From NCBI RefSeq assembly GCF_006345805.1, contig NC_042997.1, positions 76,818,001 to 76,882,000 of the forward strand: a DNA stretch of 64,000 nucleotides, read 5' to 3'. The stretch comes from Octopus sinensis (taxonomy: Eukaryota). Each line of letters opens with the position of its first letter. Position 1 is the stretch's first letter. The notes under the pieces were generated by a model, which saw nothing but the letters and a program-made list of their open reading frames with translations, did no database searches and was not told where the DNA came from. The translations under genes were made by a program, and so were the position numbers. Shown here piece by piece: positions 51,185-64,000 of this stretch.

Positions 51185-52200
51185 TCATTCTGAGTGAGAG
51201 CTCCTTAGTTGCCAACAGAGGTAGGAGCATCCACCTCTGCTACTGACTTGGTCACCTAGGTAACAGAAGCTATCCACTACCTCTGGCATTTGATGGTGTC
51301 TATTTTCTGTACATTTTTAGTGTTAATTGTACCTGTGCACCTTCCACACACAAACTACTTTCCCAGTTAACCTTCTTCTGATATTGCTGCAACTCTTATG
51401 TGTCCATAGCTAATTTGTATCAAGTATATCTTATGGAATTTCTACTTATGTCTCTCCTACAGATCGAGCAGGGCCATCTACCTGAAGGCATTTGTGATTT
51501 GTCTGCCTTCCTACTTACTAAGACTTTCCTTGTCTTCATATCCTTCATGGCTTTGTCTATAAGACTGCTGTCTATTTGGATTGCTGGTCCCTCTGATGAA
51601 TCAACATTAGGCAAACTCTCCTTCTCCCATGAGTCTTTTACATTTAGTAGCCTTTCATAGTGGCACTTCCAAGCCTCTCTTTTTGCAGAGTCACTAACTG
51701 CAAGTGAATCATCATCCATGCGAACACACTTCTCTCCCATAACATTACAATTTTCCCTGTCATACTGTCTTGCAAACTGAAATACTTAAGCTGCTGGTCC
51801 TCATGCTGCAGAACATTAGCAAATATCTTCCTTTTTGCTTCACCTTTGGCTAAGTATACCTGCTTCTTGGCTTCCCTTTTAGCTACTCACTATCCCCCAC
51901 ATTCCCAGTCCTTTCAAACCTATTTCTTTGCTCTGATGGCCCTGTCAACTACATTGTTCCACCACTATGTTACCCTAAGTCTGGTTGGGACTTTGTGCTA
52001 CCCACAAATTTAGTCCATTGCTCTCAGTAAGTTGTCTCATAGGAACTTCCAGTTATCTTCTATATTGCTAGTCTGTAACTCTTCCTCCTTCTCATCAATT
52101 GGGTCAGTTAGGAAGTCCCTAAACCTCTGACTATTCAAAGGATCCTTGAGCTTCCAGATCTTCCTTTTCCAAACTGGTTTGCTTCTTGGTTCCTTTGTAC
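51185..52200 (-). mobile_element. Old, internally deleted RTE relic
   Basis: GEKCVRMDD...HYERLLN...LPNVD...KVLVSRK...WPCSICR; the intervening RT core is missing. Confidence 0.8.
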
Positions 52201-52875
52201 CTGTAGCTTGAAGTCATACATGCATATATATGTATGTATGTATAGATAGATATTGTGTGATTTCAACTAGTAAAGCACTAGATAAGTTAAGAAAACATAT
52301 AATAAAACCCATAAACCATGTGAAATACAGCTATCCAGGGTTTCCAGACCAAAATATTAACTTATTTCACCTTTTATCAAGCTGTTAAAAACAGCAAAAC
52401 AGTTTGTTAACTGTGTTCGATGCAGTTAACATTTGAATGAGCACACAGGTTTAGAAAGAGACAAGGAAACACAGGAGAGATAATTAGCTTCACAGCAAAT
52501 AAAGCCAATGTTTTAGGAATATCAAAATTATATAAACCAACATTGGAATGGTTTATGATGTGTCCAGTGGTTTATCTTTAATTTCTGCTAAGATGTATTT
52601 TCTAGAATGCAGACATAAAGAATGTGTGTATGTATATATATAGTTAATTCAAACCAACAATCCAAATAAACAAATAAAATTAAGAGGACATGCACAAGGA
52701 ATGTATTAGCTTGACACTCGGTGAAAAGAGAAAGTTTGACATTTCAAGCATAGACATATATATGCATATATATATTTGTATAGATATGTGTGTGTATCTA
52801 TTTGTATATAGATATGTATATATATATATGTACATATTATATTTAGATATAGATATGTATATATATGTGTGTATA

Positions 52876-53378
52876 CTGTAAATCCTCGAGTATAACCGCT
52901 CATTTCTTTCCCAAAATTTAAAGGCCAAAGTCCCTAGTGCATACTATATACGAGGTTAAAAATGAAAAATATTTTCTAAGCAATGTCCTAGTCTCTTGCT
53001 GCCCAGCAATGTTTAATCAAACTCACTTTGTGATGTCGGGCGTGAAAATACCTTAAGCTAAGCCCGAAAGCATTGAAGTCATAAAAGAATCATCCATAAC
53101 TTGCAGTAAGCAACATTTATTAAAATAAAAGTATTCAGAACACAGAATACCATGTAACAAAAACAATTTGCGAACATATTTACATTCCCATATAACAGTT
53201 AAGAACAGCACCATTATTGTATTACGCATGCACGGAAGTGTTTGTTCAACTAGGTGCTGCTGGCCTAATTACGCATGACTCAAGTTAGAGAAGGGGTGCG
53301 TATTATACACAAGGTTTAGGTTTTTCAGAGGTACAGCCCCCTAAAAATCCCCTGCGTATTATACTCGAGGATTTACAC
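52876..53378. mobile_element. pogo/Tigger-like MITE (~500 bp)
   Basis: TIRs ctgtaaatcctcgagtataa / ttatactcgaggatttacac with TA TSD; subterminal repeats gcgtattatac. Confidence 0.85.
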
Positions 53379-53390
53379 TATGTATATATA

Positions 53391-53421
<31 letters not shown>

Positions 53422-53422
53422 G

Positions 53423-53578
53423 TGCACAGGAGTGGCTGTGTGGTAAGTAGCTTGCTTACCAACCACATGGTTCCAGGTCTAGTCCTGCTGCATAGCACCT
53501 TGGGCAAATGTTTTCTGACCAAAGCCTTATGAGTGGATTTGGTAGACGAAAACCGAAAGAAGCTTGTATATATATATA

Positions 53579-53616
<38 letters not shown>

Positions 53617-53855
53617 GAGGCACAGGAGTGGCTGTGTGGTAAGTAGCTTGTTTACCAACCACATGGTTCCAGGTTCAGTCCCACTGCATGGCACCTTGGG
53701 CAAGTATCTTCTATAGTAGAAGACACTTCTACTATAATTCAGCAAAAGTGACCAATAGAATAAGTACTAAGCTTACAAAGAATATGTCCTGGGGTGGATT
53801 TCTTTGACTAAAGGCAGTGCTCCAGCATGGCTGCAATCTGAAACAAGTAAAGATA
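53423..53855 (+). mobile_element. Tandem pair of SINE units (head+core, microsatellite, head+deleted core+tail)
   Basis: cacaggagtggctgtgtggtaagtagcttg occurs twice (~53424, ~53621); tail ccagcatggctgcaatctgaaacaagtaaag. Confidence 0.88.
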
Positions 53856-56024
53856 TATCTTACTTAATATGAATATACTGCAAGAACGCAACAACATTGG
53901 TATTTGTCTTGGGGGAGCATCTTGTATAGGTGTATAATGCAGGATTTCTGCATATCTAGTGTCATTTGTAGCATGTATCTACCATCACCACATGATGAAT
54001 ATTGCATTGTTATGGCTTTCTTACAGTACATCTATGTCAAGCAAGGTATACATATTGCTATTCTGGTCTTTGCTTGTGTCATTCATAACAAATGTATATA
54101 TATGTACTCAAGGAGAGAGATGGCAAAAGACAAAAATACATCACATCTCATTTGACAATTAATGGTTTGCTTTCACTGTTATGGCTAAGGAAGTAAACTA
54201 GAAAAGTATTTTGAAAGGTTTATTCCTAATCAAATGTTCCATCTCTCTACAAGAGTAGTCAGCCAACTTAAGTGGTTTGAAGTAGTTAGAAAATAGTTGG
54301 AAAATGCTTCTGTGTTGAAATGATTGGTATGGTGATTAAAAATATTGGACATTTGGGGATGTTGCAAAGATTTGTATTATCTTGTTAGGTCAAGCGCTTA
54401 ATTATTTTGCTTTAGTTTGTCAGTGTACTTTTGTTGCAGTGTAATTGATACATCCTTATTATACTGGACTGGTTACTATGAAGGTTATATAACAATCAAA
54501 TGCCATCTTGAGATAAAATATATGTAATGCCTGAATTAACTGTTTTTCCAAATCAGCTTGCATACACACATTTTTAGAATTGTACTATAGTATTATAAGT
54601 TCAAATGGGAATACCAGAAATGAGTGATTCTGAATATTCTGAAAATTAAGATGTGATTTTGTATATTAACAGAATATTAATATTCTTTTACTCTATGTTG
54701 TGAATAGTGTATATTGTGTAGTGGAGTGGCTCCATCATGGCCACTGATTTTAGGATAGTGAAAGAATATCCAAGGAAAAGTTGATAGAATATCCCTAAAG
54801 ATCATGTCATTGACTATTGTTTGAGTTGTTATTGTGTGTATGGGATGAAATATAAAAGTGTGTGTGTTTGATTTCTCTCATAATTTTCCTCCAGATAATG
54901 AAATGCATGAAATCTTGTTAAAAACAAATTTAAGTTTACAAAATATATTAAGAATATATGAAATAAGATTAGTTATAAATATTTATAATTTTGAGTTCTA
55001 GCTATAGGTGACATTCTCATCCAAATGAATTGTGTTAGTTTGCAAAATATCTACACTTGACAGATTGATCAGAATGAGCCATACACGCTTGATTAATACC
55101 ATTAAAACAGTTTATTAAATATGCCATATAATGCCAAACTGAATCTTTTCAGTAATAAAAACATGTATTCTGTTATACTTGCAAAATGTTTTTTCAAATG
55201 TTTACTATACAGACTGAACAGTTTCTATTTGCTCTTTAACCATTTTAATACCAACCCACTAGAGATTGCTCCTAGTTCTTTGAAATATAATTGCCTGTTT
55301 TCAAATGTTCATATTTAAATTAAAACAGGCTATCATAATTATATATAAGAACCTTTTGTTATGTTTCAAACTCTGGCTTAAAATACCAATTAATGAAAAA
55401 GTTTTTTTACTCAATCACCCTCATGACTTAGCTATGCAAATGAAAACTAACAGCAGCGTTCGTTCACATCCACTGCAGGCTCACTGGTGGTTGACAAAGG
55501 TATCTTGGCTGTAGTGGCTGCAAGAATTCTTTTCTGGGTTCAGTAGTGTATCATGGTTCTTTCTCAGTCTCTTTTTGTCCCCGAGGTCTGTCCTTACAAA
55601 ATCTTTTCATGATTAACTGAAACTTAGTATATCTTGAAAGAGACGTTGAATTATATTTTCTCTGATATCTGGCCAATCTTATTTTATTTACTCCTGCACT
55701 GGGAAATTGTGAATAGTCCTTGCAATATCCACTACATTTTATCTATCATTTGAACTGAATTTTAGTATGCTTTGTACTAAATATGATGAAAGCCATTTTA
55801 ATGTTAAGGGTCTGAAAGTTGGCAAGGTGAATGTGGTACCAGTTAATTCTTTTCTGAGATATGTAGTTAGTTTGTTGCCCTAGTTATTCTTTTTTCTATT
55901 CACTTGTTTATTTACAGATTATTTTCAGAATCAAATTTTGAACCCAAATTGGTTTTGGAGAACTCTTTAAATAATTGTCAATGGGTTTTAGTTGACAAGA
56001 GATGGAATTGTAATATCTTTTATT

Positions 56025-56410
56025 TTTTACTTGTTTCAGTCATGAGATTGCAGCCATGCTGGGGCATCACCTTGAAGAATTTTTGAGCGAATCAACCCCA
56101 CTACTTATTTTCTTTTTAATTTTTAACTCTGGCACTTATTCTGTTGGTCTCTTTTGCTGACCCTCTAAGTTACAGGATATAAACATACTAACACTGGTTG
56201 TCAAGTGATGATAGAGAGGACAAACAAAACACACACTCACACACACATATATATATATGGCAGGTTTCTTTCAGTTTCTGTGTACCAGATCCACTGACAA
56301 GACTTTGATCAGCCCAAGGCTACAGTAGAAAACACTTACCCAAGGAGCCACACAGTAGGATTGAACCCATAACCATGTGGTTGGAAAGCAAGCTTCTTAC
56401 CACACAGCCA
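56025..56410 (-). mobile_element. Full-length SINE
   Basis: Tail, microsatellite, core and head in reverse orientation. Confidence 0.88.
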
Positions 56411-57789
56411 TATGATATATGTACATATTTATGGTGAATCAACCGATCACTCTTCCAACTCCACAGATATGCATACAAGTGATTATTTTGGAGACTTGGC
56501 AAATAATATGAACATAAAGTATAGATACTGAATGAAAACATTTAACTCATGCATTGCTTTTTAATTTCATTGCTATAAAGTCAATTTTTTATATCACATT
56601 TTCTTTTTTAATTGGATCTGGTATACTTAGTCTTTTATTATATCTTAATCAGTCATTACACAAAGGATCGTTGACATTCTGAGTTGAGAATAAATGTTCT
56701 TTGTCCAAACCCATCCAAATGGTGTGTATATGGTTAGAAGTAAGACCAAAATTACTAAAACCAGTTGCTAATCCTCAGCAAAGTACAAGTGCAGGTTATG
56801 CACTTGCACTTACCTGGTCATATATCTGGATGGTGCTGTTACGTGCACAAACAATTTAGACTGTATCCATTAAAAACCATTTTGTTGATTGGTAACACTG
56901 CCTTACTAACTTTAAGCACTATCCCATACACAATGTTCATCCTTTGTTATTCTGAGCTGTCAAACTATACATTACCTCTGTCCAAGCTCACCTCTATTCC
57001 AGATATCTCTATTTCCTTTCACTCCTAAATCCTTCACTCAACATTCCTTCCTATCCAGGACACACTTTCTGTTCTCCCAGATTCTAGCTGAATATCAGCT
57101 GCTTTAATCTCATCTGTCTGGAAGCATACGTAAAGATTGTGGGCATATCTCCCCTCATCCACCTAAATAAAGAAAATACCTAAAACTAAATGTAGAATTG
57201 AATATATTTATTGGATTGTATGGTAGGCCCGATATTGAAATATGAGGGTAAAATGTCTGGAGGCCCCATTTTAAAAGTTGTAATATGTAATGACTGAAAA
57301 GATTACTGATACCATTTTCTGGATCAAGTTCTGGACTAAATAATGTTATAAAATTATTCTATAAGCAGTATATTAATTCCATCATAGACTCTGTGAGTCC
57401 TTTTTGTGCTTTTAAATTAAAAGTTCTGAATTTAAGGCCATCAAACTCTTTTCTAATATCATATATAACAGCCTAAAATCTGCCATCATTTCTGTATCAT
57501 AATATGGAAATTTATATGATTGTATGGATATTGTAATTAGTGGTTCTCAGGGAAGAAAGTACAAGATGATAATTTATGACTTTTTCTCTCAATTTTTAGA
57601 TATATTAATGAGAGCAATAAAGTAGGGAACAGTGGGGTCACAAAGGTATTTTTACAACATAGATGAGATATCAGTTGGATCATTGACTTATTTTTAGTAG
57701 ATAACGAAAAGGAAAGTTAGCTTTGAAACTTTTGAAAACTGAAAATTATTTAAGATATGTTGATTATGAGTAGTTGCTTGGATAATATC

Positions 57790-57897
57790 TAGTCCTTTGA
57801 AGTTTATATTATGAAGAAAGCAAAGTGTATCATTCAACTCCAGTAGTCCTTTGAAGTTTATATTATGAAGAAAGCAAAGTGTATCATTCAACTCCAG
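57790..57897. repeat. Perfect 54-bp tandem duplication
   Basis: tagtcctttgaagtttatattatgaagaaagcaaagtgtatcattcaactccag x2. Confidence 0.97.
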
Positions 57898-58489
57898 TAT
57901 TCTTAAGATTATAAACCTGGAAAAGTACAGGACAAGTTATTACATCCGGTGAAGTACAGAACAAGAAAACTTTTACTTAAAATATTGCAGCTAAAGATAA
58001 AATTTTAGTATTAAAAGTTATTTGATTTTAATTTACAAAGTAACATTATAATTAAAAAGGGTACCATTATTTTGTTAAAATATTGACACAGTAGAATACT
58101 TAAAAAATGAGTGCCAGAAGTACCAATTGTAGCTTTAGTTTTATGCAAAGTAGAATAGTATATATGGTAGGCAAATTCATTATGTCAAAAATAGGCATTG
58201 GGTCAAGACTAAAAATGTGAAGACTTGGCAATAACTTAGGCAACAACTCAAGCAAATTTTGCTGTGAATTTAAGTGCAGAAAATATTTTGAGTTATTTTA
58301 AAATTTTAATAGAAGTAACAAGTAATAAAATCTTTAGTTTTAATAAAAGCTAATGTTTTCTGAATCTAAATATTTTATTTGAAATTTTATCCTTAACTGC
58401 AATATTTTAAGTAAAAACTTTCTTGTTTTGTACTTTACCAGATGTAATATCTTGTCCTGTACTTTTCCAGGTTTATAATCTTAAGAATA
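57898..58489. mobile_element. MITE-like element with ~107-bp imperfect terminal inverted repeats
   Basis: tattcttaagattataaacctggaaaagtacaggacaag...gataaaatt (57898-58004) is the reverse complement of 58383-58489; superfamily not determined. Confidence 0.8.
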
Positions 58490-59324
58490 TTATTTCTCTT
58501 GCTCACATTTTCCATGTAATTATGAACAAGTTTAATACAATGGTTGAGTGTTGAAGTAACAATAACTTTGATGAAGGCTTTTTTTGTGTGTGTTCTGAGA
58601 GTGAAGTTTTGTGTGGACATGTTATCAGTGATTAGCATAACTGTTATGTTTGATTAGAGAACAAAATAAAAATTACTCAAAGTTGCTGCATTTAGGAAGG
58701 GTTTAGACTACATCTATGTGTTGGAAAATGAGTATTTTAGGTGCAAATTTATTGAAAGCATTTTGATTTTTAAATAATGTTTTGTAGTGGTTTCTGATGA
58801 TGTTCTTAGTCCTACTCTTTGAAAAATTTTATTACCACAATACAAAAATTGCTGCTACTATTGAACTGCTTACCATATTTCCAGAGTTTCATAAAAAATT
58901 CACTCTAGTCAACTATTTTATTTATCTCTATCAAACATCCATTCCATGCTATCTTTTATCTTTAATGTGGACTGGTATTTCTGTAAACTGGTTGTATGAG
59001 TTTGAAGAATAATAAAGATAAATGATTTTGAGGATGTTAAGTTGAGTGATTTCAATGTAGAGTAATTCGCTATTTTCATATTTGGAATAACTGATGTGTC
59101 TTGATGGTAGGAATCATTTCACAGAAATACCTGTCCACATTATAGGTTGAAGTTAGCATGGAATGGATTTTTGATAGAGTTGAGATGAATAGTTGACTAG
59201 AGTGAAATTTTTGTGAAAATCTGGAAATAAAGTATGCAGTTCAATAGTAGCAGCAGTTTTTAAGTATCAGTTGATAAACCTTGTAAACATTAAAATGGCT
59301 GAGGAATAGATTCTTCTACTTCAG

Positions 59325-59423
59325 CATTGATTACTATTACATATATCTAATCATGCATCTTCTATTTTTCAACTGCATAATTCCCTTGCAAAATGAACAA
59401 TTTGCTATGGCAAATTCAGTAAG
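59325..59423 (+). CDS. Candidate 99-nt exon ending in ATG GCA AAT TCA GTA AG|gtaagc (MANSV-R)
   Basis: Acceptor ttcttctacttcag|, donor AAG|gtaagc; open in the phase 2-2 frame. Confidence 0.45.
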
Positions 59424-62264
59424 GTAAGCAATTTGTGCTAATGTCCATGATGATATTTATTAAATGCTAATTGTTAACAACCATGAGAAATTTCTTCTAG
59501 GGGCAGAACTTGGAATATGTGCAGTTCAAACTATTAGATGCAAGTGCACATCTCAAAATGTTCTCCATTTTACATTAGAAAAAGACAGCAATGAAAAGTT
59601 CTTTAGTATTCTAAGGAATTACAGTTATTGGCCTCACCTTTAATAGTGTTAACAGGACTTGTAATGAGCAGAGCAAGAAACTAAATTGGAAACAATTCTG
59701 CATTTAAATAATTGTCTAACTGACCCAACAGATAGTTAACAATATCAAGAAGTCAATAGTATTAACTCTTGGTTTATTTGCCTTGCTTATGGACAGTATG
59801 TGCTATTATTGAATTATTGTTGGTTGTAGAAACAGCTCCATAGATGCGAGGGAAAAGAAGCTAAAGTATTTTAAATCTTGTTGCCTTTACTGAACACAAT
59901 CAGTTTATCATAAATTTTGTGCTTTTAGGGGAAGGAATCCAGTTACAAATTGACAAGATGACCAAGAGCATTATAATTAGGTTTTTTTGTGAGGTAACTA
60001 ATGATGTATTGATTTCTTACATTAGCACTGAGTAACAAACAATTTTGTTATGGAGGTGTATATTTAATTAACTTCACCCATATTTGTCTTGGTTTCTATT
60101 TCACTAAATACTTGTCAGTCCTTGTGGCATTTGAATGTTGAAAAATAAAGCTTAATATACATTGTTTGGTATTGGGCTCTATTGTTTCTGCCACTTTACT
60201 ACACTTGTGCATAACTAACTTTCTCAAGATATAACGCAGGGAATTTTTACATCTCAACATTGTTGTGGATTATATACATTCTTCTAATTGGTAATGTAAT
60301 TTATCTATTTCAGTTCTGTTTAGATGATATAAAGTAACTTAGTCAAAATATTGATTATTTTTCAGTTTTATTTTCTGATATCTATGAAGTTCTTCATTTA
60401 GTAACATTAAAATGTACACACACACACTTAAATAGCTCAGCCTGCAGTAGTTAATCTGAAGGATAAAATAAACATTAATAAATTTTATCAAAAATAATTT
60501 TTTACACACACACACACACTTGTATATATTTTTAAAATGAATCACTGAATTTGGAAGCAGTCTTAAACTAATTTAACCAGTTACTTATAGGTTACCTGGT
60601 TATTTATTTTGTATTTTCCCCATTATCCCATAAATCCATACATAGAGTTGTCAATTTAAGATCTCAATGTGAATTATCTCTTGTAAATTAAATTGATATG
60701 GTTCGTTTTGAATAATTGGCCTCAAAAGCATACTTTGCACACAATCTTTTACTTAGTCAATTTTCCAAATTATTGTTCATTTTATCATTTTTTCAAAAGT
60801 CAAAAACTTGTACTTCTGTAAATTTTGTTTTGTTTTCTTTTTATCTAAGATATTTACACCTATATGTTGTTTATCAATCTTAGATGCCTTGTAAATAACC
60901 CAATTTATTCTTATTTATTTTTATAGGAAATACTATTTGGTATATTTCCAATATTTTTTTCTTGTTTTTGTTTTTCATTTTAGTTTCTCTTGTAGAACTT
61001 TCTTTCTTCAATTTAAGACTAAACTTTCTATTTTTACTTTTATACTTTTGTATATTGTTGATGATGTCTGTCTTGCTGCAACCTACTGTAAATTTAATAA
61101 AATGACTCTATACTCTAAGTAACATAAAAGTGTGAATAAAAGAAAGATGAGTGTTTTTATTTGATATTACAGTTGTATTTCTTGACCAGCTGTTTCAATT
61201 TATGAACTTCACATTTCCTGTGCACTCCTTTAGTGGGCCAAAAATTAACAATGACTACCAAGTATTCCTATTGAGCATCAGCTAAAATAATTTCCTAGAC
61301 ATAGTTTTGGTTTCCTATTGCTTGAAATAAGCAAGTTATAACTATAATCATGAATATCTCTCTATATATCTCATTTCAATTTATTATGCTCAACCTGACT
61401 ACTCCTTCCAAGATTATTTAAAGATACCTGTACTATTGGTATCTTCAAACATCAATTCACATATTTTTTTTCATTTCATGTGTATCATGCATTCGTATTA
61501 TTTGTTCCTTTGATATATGCTCTTCTGCTACATTTACCAATTCTTTGATATTAATCATTTTCTCAATCTACTTACACTCAAATGCTCTTACAAATTAAAG
61601 TTTGAAATCTATCTTAATTTTCTCCAATCATTTGTATTTATAAATCATATTTCATTGCTGTGTAACAGCATTGCACATATTACACATGCTCACATAGTAT
61701 ATCTTTTATCTGCATAGCGAAACATGTTAAAATGAACAGTAGTGGTTTTTAAACTACTGTTTCTTATGTCCCCTAGCTTCTCTATTCTTAAGGCCTACTT
61801 CTGTCACTAACTATATCATTTACATTGAACTTTTCTTCCTTCAACAAACTGCTCAAGAAGCCCAGGATGACTGTATATAAGGATATTCAAATATAAGTGA
61901 AATTTTGAATTCTTATGAAGTTATCCATTTCTATTCCTTTCTGTTATACTGAGTTCTATCACTTCTCAGATATCACTAATTGCTTCTGCTATTGACTAGT
62001 ACTTAGACTGTGTCCTGCTAACTATCAGGCTCCTATACTCCCATACATCATTGTTGTTTTTTAATGCAATAAATTCTGCAATGTGAACTACATCGTTGCC
62101 ATACAAAAGTACAATAAACAGCCTGTCTTAAACTGCTATTTTGAAGAAGGGAGCTAAAGACCAAACCTTGATACAAATCCAGATATGCACTAAATTTTTC
62201 AGAGTTCACTGCTGATCTCCGCTTGGCTTTTAACAACTTTGTCTTTAGGTATAGGCATGGTGTG

Positions 62265-62420
62265 GGGTTCAGGTGTTCATTTTGCAACCATGTGACTGTA
62301 AGTTCAATCCCACTGCCAGGCACATTGGGTAAGTGTATTCTACTAAAGTTCCAAGCCAATCAAAGCCTTATGTCTGAATTCAGTCAACAGAAACTAAAAA
62401 GAAGCCTGCCCTATGTGTGT
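62265..62420 (+). mobile_element. Old SINE head/core
   Basis: gttcaatcccactg...gggtaagtgtattctact...aaagcctt...gaaactaaaaagaagcc. Confidence 0.7.
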
Positions 62421-62720
62421 GTGTGTGCACGTCCATCCATCTGACCGTCCCTGTCCTTGTTTTTACATCACCTACTAATTATAAACAAATTTCAGCACCA
62501 TGCAGACAGTGATGCTTATTTGCAATCTTCTGTGAAAACATGTCTAAACTAGGAACTAAATATCCTGCTTGGTAACAAGGAAGTGTTGGCAACAAGAAGA
62601 GCATCCAGCTGTAGAAATTTTGCTTCAATAAATATCATTCATGCAAATATGGAGAAGTAGGTGATGTAAAAGTTTTGAGCACTAACTAGTCATTCAGTCA
62701 TTTTTTATTGCCTTCTAGAC

Positions 62721-64000
62721 CAGGGGTCTCCAAAGTACGGCCCGCGGGCCGGATTCGGCCCGCCAAGGTTTTTAATCCGGCCCGCCGAGCTGTCCTCCAA
62801 AATTATAAAACAAATGTCGAAAAACAAGCCTTGCCGAAATCATACAAAAACAAATATACTTTACACCCCTTTTAATACGTTTGACAAATATAGTACAGCA
62901 AATAGACGCAAGACGACGCTAATTGATTTGCCATCAATTAATGTCTTTAAATTGCGCCGGCGAATTAAAAATTTATACACTAAACTTTAGTGTAAATATA
63001 GGTTCTTTTCCACTCCCCCCGTTTTAACTGACCCATCAGAACCACCATAAAATGAATTAACTTCGCTATGGAGCTACCTATCATTCATATTAGATAATAG
63101 GCGATTGTCAGTGAGATGGATGGTGCTGCTTACAATGAAGCAGAGATTCAATTTCTAGCTTTATTGATGTCGCAGAAAAGTCAACCTATTCCGTCAACTG
63201 TCGAGAGAGCAGATACGACAAGTATGACATTAATAAAAGTCCCGTGCCTAGTATAATAAAAGAAGACAAATATCGATTTATCGATGTTACCTACATCTCA
63301 CAAGCGATGAATAGAGAGGGTTGAGCCTGACGTTGTGTGGTGGTTTCTAATCCTGGTGCAGTCGCCAATCAGCGTGGAGTAAAGTTCGATGCGCATTCCG
63401 TCAGTCAGCACAGACTTGGCATTTTCGTTGTGCACAAGTGTGAGTCATTTGTCGTCCTCGCTGCCGAAGTGAATGCACGTATCGAGTGACCTGTGAATAT
63501 TGTTTTTACTTGTTTCGTTCTTTTACATATATCGTCGAGCAAAATCTGTCGACCCATGGTAAAAATGTTAGCTCAAGGAAGAAAACGAAAAATCGACTCT
63601 GAGTGTAGAGTTTTTAAGGAACAATGGAACATAGACTATTTTGTCATAGAGTCAAACAACAAGGCACTATGCGTTATATGCACCGACACAATTGCAGTAC
63701 TTAAAGAGTACAACATTCGGAGACATTATGAAAAAAAGCATTCATCACAGTACTACCAATTCATTGGACAGCTACGTAAAGAGAAATTTGACAAATTAAA
63801 GAAGAATTTATCATCAATGCAGTTTGTTTTCAAGAAGAAGGCTGTAGAAAGAGAGAGCAACAAGAGCAAGCTTCCATGTTGCTAACCTTTTGGCGAAGAA
63901 AGGTAAGCCATTTACAGATGGTGAACTTATTAAAAAGTGCTTGAATGAGGTAGCTACGGAAATGTGTCCAGAAAATGTAGATTTATTTTCCGCAATTAGT
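62721..64000 (+). mobile_element. hAT (Charlie/SPIN-like) transposon, 5' part with frameshifted transposase; runs off the window
   Basis: TIR caggggtctccaaa...cggcccgcgggcc; upstream 8-mer TTCTAGAC fits the NTCTAGAN Charlie-type target; RKRKIDSECRVFKEQW...C.IC...KEYNIRRHYEKKH BED finger, then LAKKGKPFTDGELIK in another frame. Confidence 0.9.

Noticed and set aside
53423-53500. tRNA genes
   Set aside because: The A/B-box sequences are SINE heads with no complete cloverleaf or anticodon arm
27806-64000. Plus-strand gene as SELENOF (by analogy to human synteny) or an OSM-3/KIF17 kinesin (MAESVR-like start)
   Set aside because: No SELENOF or kinesin coding exons were found in the window; six residues are not enough for an assignment

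Overview
AT-rich, microsatellite-rich eukaryotic DNA; the SINE and RTE repeat families suggest an octopus genome (inference). A large fraction is transposable-element sequence lying in the long introns of two divergently transcribed host genes that start near 26.5-26.8 kb. The minus-strand gene encodes a type II membrane N-terminus resembling heparan sulfate 2-O-sulfotransferase (HS2ST1). The plus-strand gene is unidentified and has a 17-nt coding start (MAGSVR), echoed by a near-identical MANSVR exon 31.6 kb downstream. Mobile elements include near-intact and rearranged RTE LINEs, a BovB-type RTE split by one of them, a CR1/L2-group LINE, two Penelope-like elements, Tc1, mariner, pogo/Tigger, hAT, a non-autonomous Helitron, MITEs and many tRNA-derived SINEs. 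There is one 100-N assembly gap (24402-24501). The most notable observations are: (i) a CR1/L2-group LINE whose putative ORF1 combines a Myb/SANT-like domain with a CCCH zinc finger, and whose 3' stem-loop and tail are shared, with compensatory changes, by the dominant SINE; (ii) a young Penelope-like element carrying a variant-core minimal hammerhead ribozyme in both terminal repeats; (iii) RTE elements with promoter-monomer turnover, a hairpin VNTR in the 3'UTR and a twin-priming-like inversion. All identifications were made by eye; no database searches were run.
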